From the IMG/VR virus record IMGVR_UViG_2548876926_000005: DNA of 64,000 bases; one strand, 5' to 3'. Position numbers and translations under genes: made by a program. The notes under the pieces were generated by a model that ran no database searches, was not told the origin of the DNA, and was given only the letters and a program-made list of their open reading frames with translations. Positions 55,098 through 63,805 of the stretch are shown here, in pieces. The stretch comes from a virus. Each line of letters starts with the position of its first letter. Within the stretch, counting starts at the first letter, position 1.

Positions 55098-55100
55098 CTA

Positions 55101-55128
55101 TGTCGGACCCTGGGAGTAGAACCGGCCA
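55101..55128 (+). promoter_or_regulatory. PafBC/RecA-NDp-like leaderless promoter
   Basis: TGTCGG-N10-TAGAAC-N6-ATG(55129). Confidence 0.5.
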
Positions 55129-55539
55129 ATGGACGCACGCAAGGCCATCCGCGAGGTCATCGAGAGCATCCCGAACCTGTTCGGCGTAACCCGGAAGAAG
55201 ACTATCGGCGCCGAAGGCGAGACCGAGACCATCGTCTACACGCAGGCACAAGTCGCTGACCTGATCGCATCGATACTGCCCGACAGCCTAAAGGCCAAGG
55301 GCCACACGGTGATCGGGCCTCTGCCTGATATCGAGTCAGTGCCCGATCAGCCTCGGCGGCGGTATGTTCGTGTGCCAATCACCTCGCAGCCGTGGTCTGA
55401 CGGCGCGGTGCGTATCAGCCCGCACGGTGACGAGGTGGTCATTCGCAATGTGCCCGACCGGCTGCACATGCAGGACGTGCCCGCGCTGGCCGCTGCGCTC
55501 ATGGCCGCCCACTCGACATGGCGACCGACGCGCCGATAG
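55129..55539 (+). CDS. Hypothetical protein
   Basis: 136 aa; resembles 6037-6384. Confidence 0.8.
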   Translation: MDARKAIREVIESIPNLFGVTRKKTIGAEGETETIVYTQAQVADLIASILPDSLKAKGHTVIGPLPDIESVPDQPRRRYVRVPITSQPWSDGAVRISPHGDEVVIRNVPDRLHMQDVPALAAALMAAHSTWRPTRR

Positions 55540-55653
55540 GCCCGTGGGCAACCTGCATGTTTGGCCGAAAACACGCCGCCCCGAACCGGGCTGCGCGGAA
55601 ATGTCCATTCTGACCTGCTACTATTCCGTTTCGAGTCGCCACCCCCATGCCCG

Positions 55654-55682
55654 AACCCCTTCGGAGCTGGGGGTTTGTTCAT
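55654..55682 (+). terminator. Possible intrinsic terminator/attenuator before HNH
   Basis: AACCCC-N9-GGGGG followed by TTTGTTCATTT. Confidence 0.4.
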
Positions 55683-55708
55683 TTCCAGCTAACGTCAGTG
55701 GAGGTGAG

Positions 55709-56023
55709 ATGACGACCGTTCAACGCAACACCACCACCCGCGACAAGCACCGGCGCATCATCAGACTCGGGCTGGTGCCAAGTCCGTTCGGGCGGCATCC
55801 GGCCTGCTATCACTGCGGCGAGGACATCGATTACGACGCCCACCACCGCGACCCGCGCAGCTTCACCATCGATCACCTCAAGGCGTTGGCCAAAGGCGGA
55901 ACCGACACCCTCGACAACATCGTGCCCGCGCACTGGGATTGCAACCGCAACAAGTCAGACAAAGACCTTGACGAGCTGCTACCCGGTGGTGTCACGTTCG
56001 TGACCGAACGCTGCTGGTGGTAG
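55709..56023 (+). CDS. HNH endonuclease
   Basis: GGAGGT RBS; CYHC, TIDH, N...AH..CN..K. Confidence 0.92.
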   Translation: MTTVQRNTTTRDKHRRIIRLGLVPSPFGRHPACYHCGEDIDYDAHHRDPRSFTIDHLKALAKGGTDTLDNIVPAHWDCNRNKSDKDLDELLPGGVTFVTERCWW

Positions 56024-56027
56024 GGCG

Positions 56028-56297
56028 ATGGACGAACGACGCGCCGCCGCATATCAGAGGCTCGACGAAGTGGTCCGCGACCTGACCGCGATCACCGAAG
56101 ACGAAAGCGACGACGGCCAGCCCCGATACACGGCCACCGATTACGTGCTCATCGTTGGTGCGCAGACAATCGACAACGACGGCGATCGCGTCGGATACGT
56201 CACGGTCTATCCGCAAGGTGGTTCGCAACCGTCGTACATCACCACAGGTCTTGTCGCCCAGGCCCAAGGATTCCTCGCGGCCTCGCCCGCTGACTGA
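56028..56297 (+). CDS. Hypothetical protein
   Basis: 89 aa; QP.YITTGL. Confidence 0.8.
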   Translation: MDERRAAAYQRLDEVVRDLTAITEDESDDGQPRYTATDYVLIVGAQTIDNDGDRVGYVTVYPQGGSQPSYITTGLVAQAQGFLAASPAD

Positions 56298-56309
56298 TCG
56301 AACGCTGGA

Positions 56310-56435
56310 CCGACCCCCTGGGGGACTGGACCCGAGGGGGCTGGCGCCCGCCCCTCATGGCTTAGGCAACCGCCCCCCCTGGCCGATTTTGTTTCTGAGT
56401 CGGTGGCGCCTGTGAAATCTCGTTTTTTGTTGACC
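56310..56435. other. Candidate cos region of prophage 2
   Basis: Non-coding gap before terS; G- and C-tracts flank CCTCATGGCTT (56353-56363), then T-tracts. Confidence 0.55.
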
Positions 56436-56521
56436 ACAAGGGCGATTCGCCGAGGGTGAAACCGGCTGACCCGTATTTCGCTTCGGCACAGGCGATCTGA
56501 GAGCCCGAAAAGGAGGCCGTC

Positions 56522-56950
56522 ATGCAACTTACGCCCGTCGATTCCGCATCAGGCGGCGCACCGCTGCCTGCTGGACTGACCGAGGATGGTTCAGGCCAAT
56601 CGCTGTGGCGCTCCATCGTGGACGACTACACGCTACGGCCCGATGAGCTGCGGTTGCTGGCCGATGCGTGCGAGCTGGCCGACCGTATCGACTACCGCAA
56701 GCAGCGCGCTGACGAGCTGCACCGCGAGGTGGGCGAGAACCTGCTTATCCGTGGTTCGACTCGCCAGCTTGTCAGGAACCCGCTGATTGATGAGGCCCGC
56801 CAGGAGTTGGCCGAGCAGCGCAAGGACCGTATCGCGCTCAACGATCTACTAGCCCGGCTCAAGCTGCCCGATCTGGACCCCGACCGCGACGGCGACGACC
56901 AGGGCCGCGACGGCGCCAGCTCCGCTGCGAAGCGATCGGCCTCGGCGTAA
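56522..56950 (+). CDS. Terminase small subunit-like (P27-type)
   Basis: G..LW......L.PDE...L..AC..ADR...GS..Q...NPL..E.R. Confidence 0.75.
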   Translation: MQLTPVDSASGGAPLPAGLTEDGSGQSLWRSIVDDYTLRPDELRLLADACELADRIDYRKQRADELHREVGENLLIRGSTRQLVRNPLIDEARQELAEQRKDRIALNDLLARLKLPDLDPDRDGDDQGRDGASSAAKRSASA

Positions 56951-57345
56951 TGGCGACGCGGCGCCACTCACGCCGCCCTGCCGGGGCGAGTCATATCCGC
57001 GTGGTCAGTGACGACGAGCGCGCACCCGCCCCGGCACACAACGACCCCGAGCCGTCCCCGAGCGATGGCGCGGCGCAATCGCCCGAGGCCGCGACGGCAC
57101 CTGCTGACGGTCAGATGTCGCTGGCCGATGCGGTCGCCGGTGGCGACTATCAGCAGATTTTGCAGGCCCAGGCGCGGGACATCATTCGGGACCTGGCGGC
57201 TGCGACCGGGGCGTCTAAGGCCGCGCTACACGGGCGCTTGATGACCATCTCCAAGGAAATCGAGAGCCTGAAAGCGGCGCCGGGCGGCGAAAAGTCCGTA
57301 GTGGCAACCACCGACGATGAGCCCTGGGACAGCACGGCTCTCTGA
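56950..57345 (+). CDS. Second terminase small subunit-like protein
   Basis: Overlaps terL; AAL..RL..I..EIE.L; DEPWD tail. Confidence 0.7.
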   Translation: MATRRHSRRPAGASHIRVVSDDERAPAPAHNDPEPSPSDGAAQSPEAATAPADGQMSLADAVAGGDYQQILQAQARDIIRDLAAATGASKAALHGRLMTISKEIESLKAAPGGEKSVVATTDDEPWDSTAL

Positions 57346-58771
57346 GGTCGCACGGCACGTCATCGCCCCGGCCGGGATCGTTTCGACCGGCTGGCCAGCG
57401 GTGCGCGACACCTGCAACCGGCTCGGTTGGGAGTTCGACGGCTGGCAGGACGGCGCGGGCCGACTAATCCTCGGTAAGCGGGCCGATGGCCTGTACGCCG
57501 CCGACACGATCGTGTTGTCCATCCCGCGCCAGGTCGGCAAAACCTACCTGGTGGCGTGCATCATCTTCGCGCTATGCCTGATCCACCCCGGCTTGACGGT
57601 GATCTGGACAGCACACCGAAAGACCACTGCCGCAGAGACTTTCGAATCGTTCGCCGGGATGGCGGCCCGCCCCAAGGTCGATCCACACATTGAAGCGGTC
57701 CACCGCGCACGCGGCGATGAAAAGATCATGTTCACCAACGGGTCACGAATCCTGTTCGGCGCCCGTGAATCTGGCTTCGGTCGCGGATTCTCCGACGTGG
57801 ACATCATCGTGTTCGATGAGTCGCAGATCTGTACCGAAGCTGTCCTGGAAGATATGGCCGCAGCGCAGAACGTGGCCGAGAACCCGCTGACGTTCATGAT
57901 GGGCACACCGCCAAGGCCCAAAGACCCCGGCGAAGTGTTCACCATGCACCGCCAAGAAGCACTCGACACGCTCACCGACGAGACCGCACGACAGGCCAAC
58001 GAAACGGCATACATCGAGTTCTCTGCCGATCGGGGATGCAACCCGATGGATCGGGCGCAGTGGGCCAAAGCCAATCCCTCATTCCCGCACCGCACTTCCG
58101 AGCGCGCCATGTTGCGTCTGCGTAAGAAACTCAAGTCGTTGGAGTCCTGGCGCCGTGAGGCCCTGGGCATCTGGGATGAGGTCTCGGTACATCAGCCCGT
58201 GGTCACACGCGACGCCTGGGGCGAGCTGATCGACGTAGGCCCCGCCGAGCATGTTGCCCCGGACGGTATCGGCGTCGATATGTCCCACGGCCTACAAATC
58301 TCGGTCAACGCCTGCTGGATCGAAGATGAATCGGCACACATCGAAGAGATATGGGCCGGAACCGATGTGGCAGCGGCGACCGCCTGGACCGCCAAGGCCG
58401 CGGGCCGACGAATCGAGGTCGTGATCGATGACCTGTCGCCAGCGGCGCAGATGATCCCCGGCCTAAAGGCCCTCGGGGTCAACGTCCGGCGATCCACCGC
58501 CCGAGACATGACCAAAGGCTGCGGGCTGATAGCGAGCCGCATCAAAGCCCACACGCTCACCCATGGCGGCCAAAAGGCAGTAACCTCAGCCATTCTCAAC
58601 GCCATCCGCCGAAAGATCGGTGATGCCGGTGGCTGGGGCTGGGACCGGCGCGACTCAACGGTGGTCATCCACCCGATCGTGGCCGCAACCCTGGCGCTGC
58701 TGGCCGCGACAACCAAACGTAAACCCCCAGCGGGCGATAGCTCGCGAGGACGAGAGGCGGTGGTGCTGTGA
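57317..58771 (+). CDS. terL: Terminase large subunit
   Basis: PRQVGKT, IIVFDE, GTPP. Confidence 0.95.
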   Translation: MSPGTARLSEVARHVIAPAGIVSTGWPAVRDTCNRLGWEFDGWQDGAGRLILGKRADGLYAADTIVLSIPRQVGKTYLVACIIFALCLIHPGLTVIWTAHRKTTAAETFESFAGMAARPKVDPHIEAVHRARGDEKIMFTNGSRILFGARESGFGRGFSDVDIIVFDESQICTEAVLEDMAAAQNVAENPLTFMMGTPPRPKDPGEVFTMHRQEALDTLTDETARQANETAYIEFSADRGCNPMDRAQWAKANPSFPHRTSERAMLRLRKKLKSLESWRREALGIWDEVSVHQPVVTRDAWGELIDVGPAEHVAPDGIGVDMSHGLQISVNACWIEDESAHIEEIWAGTDVAAATAWTAKAAGRRIEVVIDDLSPAAQMIPGLKALGVNVRRSTARDMTKGCGLIASRIKAHTLTHGGQKAVTSAILNAIRRKIGDAGGWGWDRRDSTVVIHPIVAATLALLAATTKRKPPAGDSSRGREAVVL

Positions 58772-60240
58772 AGGTTTCAAAGATCACCCTTCCGGACTTC
58801 ACGAACGATGAAAATGCCTTGCTGAACGGGCTTTTACAGCAGCTGGCCGACTGCCAGCCGAACAACTATCTGCGCGCCTCCTACTACGACGGCAAGCGCG
58901 CCATCAAGCAGGTGGGCGAAGTAATCCCACGCCAGTACTACAAGCTGGGGCTAGTGCTCGGATGGTCGGGCAAGGCCGTGGACGTACTGGCCCGGCGCTG
59001 CAACCTCGACGGCTTCGTCTGGCCAGGTTCAGATCTCAATTCATTGGGTTACCAAGAGGTTTGGGACGACAACTTCTGGGGCGCCGAATCTAACAGTGCG
59101 ATTATCTCGTCACTGATTCACGGTCCGGCCTTCTTGATTAACACCGAGGGTGGCGCCGGTGAGCCTAAGTCGCTGATCCACGTCAAGGACGCGCTCAATG
59201 CCACCGGCGAATGGAATGCTCGTACGCGCCGTTTGAACAACCTCTTGTCAGTCATTGCGTGGGACGACGATTCGCGGCCCCGAGAGCTTGCGCTCTATTT
59301 ACACAACCGAACAGCGACGGCCAAGAAGACCGGCCGTACATGGGAAGTCGAATGGCGCGATCACACGCACGGCGTGCCCGTCGAGGTTTTGGTGTACAAG
59401 CCTCGGGTAGGGCGACCGCTGGGGTATTCGCGTATCTCACGGGTGGTGAGGTCGATTCACGACCGCGCGCTGCGTGAACTAATACGCACAGAGGGGCACG
59501 CGGACGTATTCAGCTATCCCGAGCTGTGGATGCTCGGCGCCGACACGTCCATATTCAAGAACCCAGACGGCTCGCTCAAGCCCTCGTGGAAAGTGATGCT
59601 CGGGCGGATCAAGGGCATCCCGGACGATGAGAAGGCGATCGACCAAAAGAACGCCCGCGCCGACATCAAACAGTTTCAGGCCGCGAGCCCACAACCACAC
59701 ATCGACCTACTACAACAGTGCGCCAACGAGTTCGCGGGTGAAGCTGACCTGCCGGTCTCGGCGCTCGGGGTGCAGGCCAAGACCAACACCACGACCGTCG
59801 ACGGCTCCGACAACGCCGAAAAGCAGCTCACCGCCGAAGCCGAAGGCGCCACCGATGACTGGTCACCGGCATTTCGCCGGTCCATGATGCGCGCGTTGGC
59901 CATCAAGAATGACATGCCTGAAATCCCGGCTGCCCTGCGCTCATTGGACACCAAATGGCGTAACCCCGCCTACATCTCACGCTCCGCACAGGCCGACGCT
60001 GGCCTCAAACAGCTCTCGGCCATTCCGTGGCTCGCTGAGACCGAGGTCGGCTTGGAACTGCTGGGACTTTCGAGACAGGACATCGACCGCGCCCTGGCCG
60101 ACCGTGACCGCGCCCAGCGCGCCCGCCAGGTCACCTCACTGGTGGACAAGCTCACCGGCGCCCCGATCCCCGACCCGGCGCCGGGCACCGCCGAGCAGGC
60201 CGCGCAACAGGCGATCGGCAATGGTTCACGCGGTCTCTGA
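58768..60240 (+). CDS. Portal protein (SPP1 gp6-like)
   Basis: YYDG, GW...VD....R, G.SRI, W.NP. Confidence 0.93.
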   Translation: MKVSKITLPDFTNDENALLNGLLQQLADCQPNNYLRASYYDGKRAIKQVGEVIPRQYYKLGLVLGWSGKAVDVLARRCNLDGFVWPGSDLNSLGYQEVWDDNFWGAESNSAIISSLIHGPAFLINTEGGAGEPKSLIHVKDALNATGEWNARTRRLNNLLSVIAWDDDSRPRELALYLHNRTATAKKTGRTWEVEWRDHTHGVPVEVLVYKPRVGRPLGYSRISRVVRSIHDRALRELIRTEGHADVFSYPELWMLGADTSIFKNPDGSLKPSWKVMLGRIKGIPDDEKAIDQKNARADIKQFQAASPQPHIDLLQQCANEFAGEADLPVSALGVQAKTNTTTVDGSDNAEKQLTAEAEGATDDWSPAFRRSMMRALAIKNDMPEIPAALRSLDTKWRNPAYISRSAQADAGLKQLSAIPWLAETEVGLELLGLSRQDIDRALADRDRAQRARQVTSLVDKLTGAPIPDPAPGTAEQAAQQAIGNGSRGL

Positions 60241-61093
60241 GTTCCAAGGACTGCTCGCGGCCCTGGGCGCCGAGCAGGCCGCCCAGCTGTCCCGGCTGCT
60301 GGCGCGCACCGACCGGCTCGACCAGGGCGAGCTGCTGGCATTCATCACCGACGCCTACCCCGAGGCCGTCGCCCCGTTTCTGAGTGCCGCCGCCGCCCTG
60401 ACTGCTCAGTGGTACGACGAACAGCCGACCATCTCGACCTACACCGCCGCGCCTGCCGAACTGGCCCCCGCCGCGCAGCTGGCCGTCTCCGGGCGCTGGG
60501 CGATGCTGCAAACCACTCCACTGGACGCCCTGACCGGAAGCGCTGCCCGCGCCCTGTTCAACGCCTCACGAGACACCGTGCTGGCCAACGTCGCCGCCGA
60601 ACCCGGCGCGCGATGGGCGCGGCACGCCTCGGCTAACGCCTGCTCGTTTTGCCGGCTCATGGCCACCAGGGGCGCCGTCTACACCTCGGAAGCCTCGGCC
60701 ACCAAAGTCACTGGGCGCGGCGCGAATCTGGAACGCTCGGACCGGCGCGCGATCGCGGCCGGGCAGATGAGCAGAGACGAAGCGCTACAGCGCCGCTCGG
60801 TGTACCGCTCGCAGCGTCTCGCGGCCAAAGCGGGCAAGAACGTGGGTGACAGCCGTATCGGCGCACAGCGCGGCGCTCGCGCCCTGGGCGAGAAGTACCA
60901 CGATCGGTGCCACTGCATCGCGGTCATGGTGCGCCCCGGGGACTCCTACCAGCCACCGGCCTACGTCGAGCAATGGGAACGCGACTACCTCGACGCGGTG
61001 GATGCCACCCGCGCGGCCGGGCAGACCAAAGGCAAGTACGGCGCCATCGACCTGACCGCCGTCATCCGGCACATGGATCAAGTCCAGCGATAA
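60221..61093 (+). CDS. Capsid maturation/MuF-like protein
   Basis: WAR....ACSFC.LMATRG.VY...YHDRCHC. Confidence 0.85.
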   Translation: MVHAVSEFQGLLAALGAEQAAQLSRLLARTDRLDQGELLAFITDAYPEAVAPFLSAAAALTAQWYDEQPTISTYTAAPAELAPAAQLAVSGRWAMLQTTPLDALTGSAARALFNASRDTVLANVAAEPGARWARHASANACSFCRLMATRGAVYTSEASATKVTGRGANLERSDRRAIAAGQMSRDEALQRRSVYRSQRLAAKAGKNVGDSRIGAQRGARALGEKYHDRCHCIAVMVRPGDSYQPPAYVEQWERDYLDAVDATRAAGQTKGKYGAIDLTAVIRHMDQVQR

Positions 61094-61119
61094 CCAGGCG
61101 CCACGCGCCCCATAGACCC

Positions 61120-61158
61120 CCTTGGCCGAAACGGCCGAGGACTACCCGAAATGGGAGA
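61120..61158 (+). promoter_or_regulatory. Tandem hairpins overlapping the scaffold RBS
   Basis: CTTGGCCG-AAA-CGGCCGAG and CCCG-AAA-TGGG. Confidence 0.5.
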
Positions 61159-61165
61159 CAACCAC

Positions 61166-61732
61166 ATGTCCGAAAACACCACCCTGCCCGTACACCCGAT
61201 CACCGGACTACAGGCCATTGGATTCACCCGACGCGGCCCCGTGTGGCCGATCATGGGCGCCTCTGAGCCTGCCGGGGGAACCGAAACGGAACCCAAAAGC
61301 GAGCAGGACACCGACAAGCTGCCCGATGACCATCCGCTTGTAAAGACGCTGGCAGCCAACAAGATCGAAATCAAGGAACTCAAGGCCAAGGCTGCGCGCC
61401 TCGACGAAATCGAAGAGGCGCAAAAGACCCAGGCGCAAAAGGACGCCGACCGCATCACTAAGGCCGAGGCCGAGGCCGCAACGGTCCCGTCTCGGGTGGC
61501 CAACGCACTTAAAGAGCACCTGGTCTCCATCCACAAGATCGATGCCGAAGACGCCGAGCTATTTCTGACCGGCGACAATCCCGAGCTACTGCTCAAGCAG
61601 GTGGCCCGTTTCCTTGAACAAACGGACAAGCAAAGCAAATCAAACCATGTGCCTGGCGAGGGCACCAATGGCCGTGTCAAGCCCAGCAGCATGCAGGAGT
61701 TCTTGAGCGAGCTAAACGGCCAATCCAACTGA
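61166..61732 (+). CDS. Scaffolding protein
   Basis: Position, coiled coil, LTG...E.L..Q; GGAGA RBS. Confidence 0.88.
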   Translation: MSENTTLPVHPITGLQAIGFTRRGPVWPIMGASEPAGGTETEPKSEQDTDKLPDDHPLVKTLAANKIEIKELKAKAARLDEIEEAQKTQAQKDADRITKAEAEAATVPSRVANALKEHLVSIHKIDAEDAELFLTGDNPELLLKQVARFLEQTDKQSKSNHVPGEGTNGRVKPSSMQEFLSELNGQSN

Positions 61733-61751
61733 CAACAAAGGAGATTGAGCA

Positions 61752-62660
61752 ATGGCTGTACAGAGTACTGATCTACTTCTACCGACCCAGATTGCCGATG
61801 GCATCGTGGAGAAGGCAAAGACCGATTCCACGATCGCCGCGCTATCGGGCCAGGAGCCCATGCGGTTCGGCAAGGTCGAAATCATTACCTTCAACGACGA
61901 CCTGACCGCCGAGTTTGTGGAGGAATCGGGCGCCAAGGGGTCCGATGAGGCTAAGCCCGAGCACGTGACCGCCGTCCCACATAAGGCGATCGTGCAGATG
62001 CGCACCTCGGATGAGTTCAAGATCGCCGATGAGGAATACCAGCTCAAGATCCTGGGCGAGTATGAGGTCAAGTGCGCACGGGCGCTGGCGCGAGCGTTGG
62101 ACCTGGGCCTGTACTACCGGACCAATCCGCGTACCGGGAACGCCTTTGCTGGATGGGACAACTACCTGAACTCCACCACCAAGCGCGTGGAGATCACCGC
62201 GACCTCGCAACCCGATCTGGATTTCGAGACCGCTGCCGGTCTGGTCATCGAGGACGGCTACAGCGTCAACGGGGTTGCCTTCGATCCCAAGTACGCGTGG
62301 AAGCTGTCCACGGCCCGCTTCCCCGACGGGCGCAAGAAGTTCCCCGAATTAGGTTTGGGCGCAGGTATTTCCGCGTTCGAAGGTGTGCCCGCAGCGGTGT
62401 CATCCACCGTCTCGGGCAAGGCCAAGGACGGCGATGCCACCGACAACAAGGTGCGCGCCATCCTCGGCAACTTCCGCAGCGGTATCCGCTGGGGAGTTCA
62501 GCGTGAATTCCCCTTCAAGATCCTCGAATACGGCGACCCGGACAACAAGGGCCGCGACCTGGCGGGCCACAACGAAATCCTGCTGCGCACGGAAATCATC
62601 TACGGCTGGTACGTATTCGCTGACGAGTTCGCTGTCATTGAAGGTGCGGTGACCCCGTAA
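61752..62660 (+). CDS. Major capsid protein (HK97 fold)
   Basis: S.IA.LS...PM.FG, FVEES..K, LARALD, GDPD...DL...N. Confidence 0.93.
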   Translation: MAVQSTDLLLPTQIADGIVEKAKTDSTIAALSGQEPMRFGKVEIITFNDDLTAEFVEESGAKGSDEAKPEHVTAVPHKAIVQMRTSDEFKIADEEYQLKILGEYEVKCARALARALDLGLYYRTNPRTGNAFAGWDNYLNSTTKRVEITATSQPDLDFETAAGLVIEDGYSVNGVAFDPKYAWKLSTARFPDGRKKFPELGLGAGISAFEGVPAAVSSTVSGKAKDGDATDNKVRAILGNFRSGIRWGVQREFPFKILEYGDPDNKGRDLAGHNEILLRTEIIYGWYVFADEFAVIEGAVTP

Positions 62661-62998
62661 TGCCGAGGTTCCGCAACACGGTGAGCGGGTCCGTCGTCAA
62701 CATTGACGACGGGCTCGCTACCCGCCTCGCCATCACCGAAAACCCGGCCTGGGAGCCCCTGGACGAACACGCCCGCCCGGTAGTGGTGGCACCGGACATA
62801 ACGGGTGCCGAGACGGCCTCCCTGATCGACCTCGACCTGGTGGTGTCCTCGGAGACGTTTGCCGCCATCGTCCCCGACAACACCGTGGGCGCGCCCCCCG
62901 AGCCCAAGGCGCCCGCCAAGGGCAAGCCTGCGCGCAAGCCATCACCTACCGATCCCGAGGGAGCCAAGGATGCCAGCGGTACAGATCGCGACCTCTGA
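62660..62998 (+). CDS. Head-associated hypothetical protein
   Basis: MPRFRN..SGSVVNIDD; coupled. Confidence 0.75.
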   Translation: MPRFRNTVSGSVVNIDDGLATRLAITENPAWEPLDEHARPVVVAPDITGAETASLIDLDLVVSSETFAAIVPDNTVGAPPEPKAPAKGKPARKPSPTDPEGAKDASGTDRDL

Positions 62999-63467
62999 CC
63001 TGGCGCCGTTCGCCACCATCCCCGAGGGCAAGGCCACGGCGATGATTGCCGACGCCATGGCCATGGCCTTGCTGGTAGCGCCCTGCCTGGATGACCCGCA
63101 GCTGACCGACAAGAAAGCCGCAGCGGCCAAGGCGATCATTCGGGGTGCGATCCTGCGCTGGCATGAGGCCGGGTCGGGGGCTCTGTCACAAAAGCAGCAG
63201 AGCGCCGGGCCGTTCGCTCAGTCTGAAACCTACGACACCCGCCAGATACGGCGGGCCATGTACTGGCCCAGCGAAATTGAACAGCTGCAATCGATTTGCC
63301 GCGCCGACGATGACGCCTCGGGCGGCGCCTGGGGGTACGACGTGCTCGGCGCGTGCGGGCCGTCGCACTCCCCGGTGTGCACGCTGAACATGGGCGGCAC
63401 CTACTGCTCATGCGGGGCCAATCTGACCGGCCACGAGCCGCTATGGGAGGCCATCAGCGATGACTAG
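62970..63467 (+). CDS. Head-to-tail adaptor
   Basis: A..VAPC...AILRW...AGPF. Confidence 0.82.
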   Translation: MPAVQIATSDLAPFATIPEGKATAMIADAMAMALLVAPCLDDPQLTDKKAAAAKAIIRGAILRWHEAGSGALSQKQQSAGPFAQSETYDTRQIRRAMYWPSEIEQLQSICRADDDASGGAWGYDVLGACGPSHSPVCTLNMGGTYCSCGANLTGHEPLWEAISDD

Positions 63468-63804
63468 CTTTCCGCTGCCCTTCAAATGCGAACAGCACGC
63501 GTACATCCCCGGTGCCGACAATAGCCACGGCAACCCCGATGCCCAGTGGGCCGAGCCGGTAGAGCGCGACTGCTTCTGGTGGGACCCGGATTCGACGGAA
63601 ACACCGACGCCGCCGACCGCAGGAACGCGCGCCCTGGCCGACCGCTACCTGGCCGTGGACGCCGCCGTGGCGGTCGATCACCGCGACAAATTCACCGTCA
63701 ACGACCAAGAGTTCACCGTCACCGGACTGGCCCAGGATTTCAACCATGGACCGTTCGGATTCTCCCCGGATCGTCTGGTCATCGAACTGAAATGGGTGGG
63801 GTGA
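63460..63804 (+). CDS. Head-to-tail stopper
   Basis: HGN....W, RD......F.V.G...D...GPFG. Confidence 0.82.
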   Translation: MTSFPLPFKCEQHAYIPGADNSHGNPDAQWAEPVERDCFWWDPDSTETPTPPTAGTRALADRYLAVDAAVAVDHRDKFTVNDQEFTVTGLAQDFNHGPFGFSPDRLVIELKWVG

Positions 63805-63805
63805 T

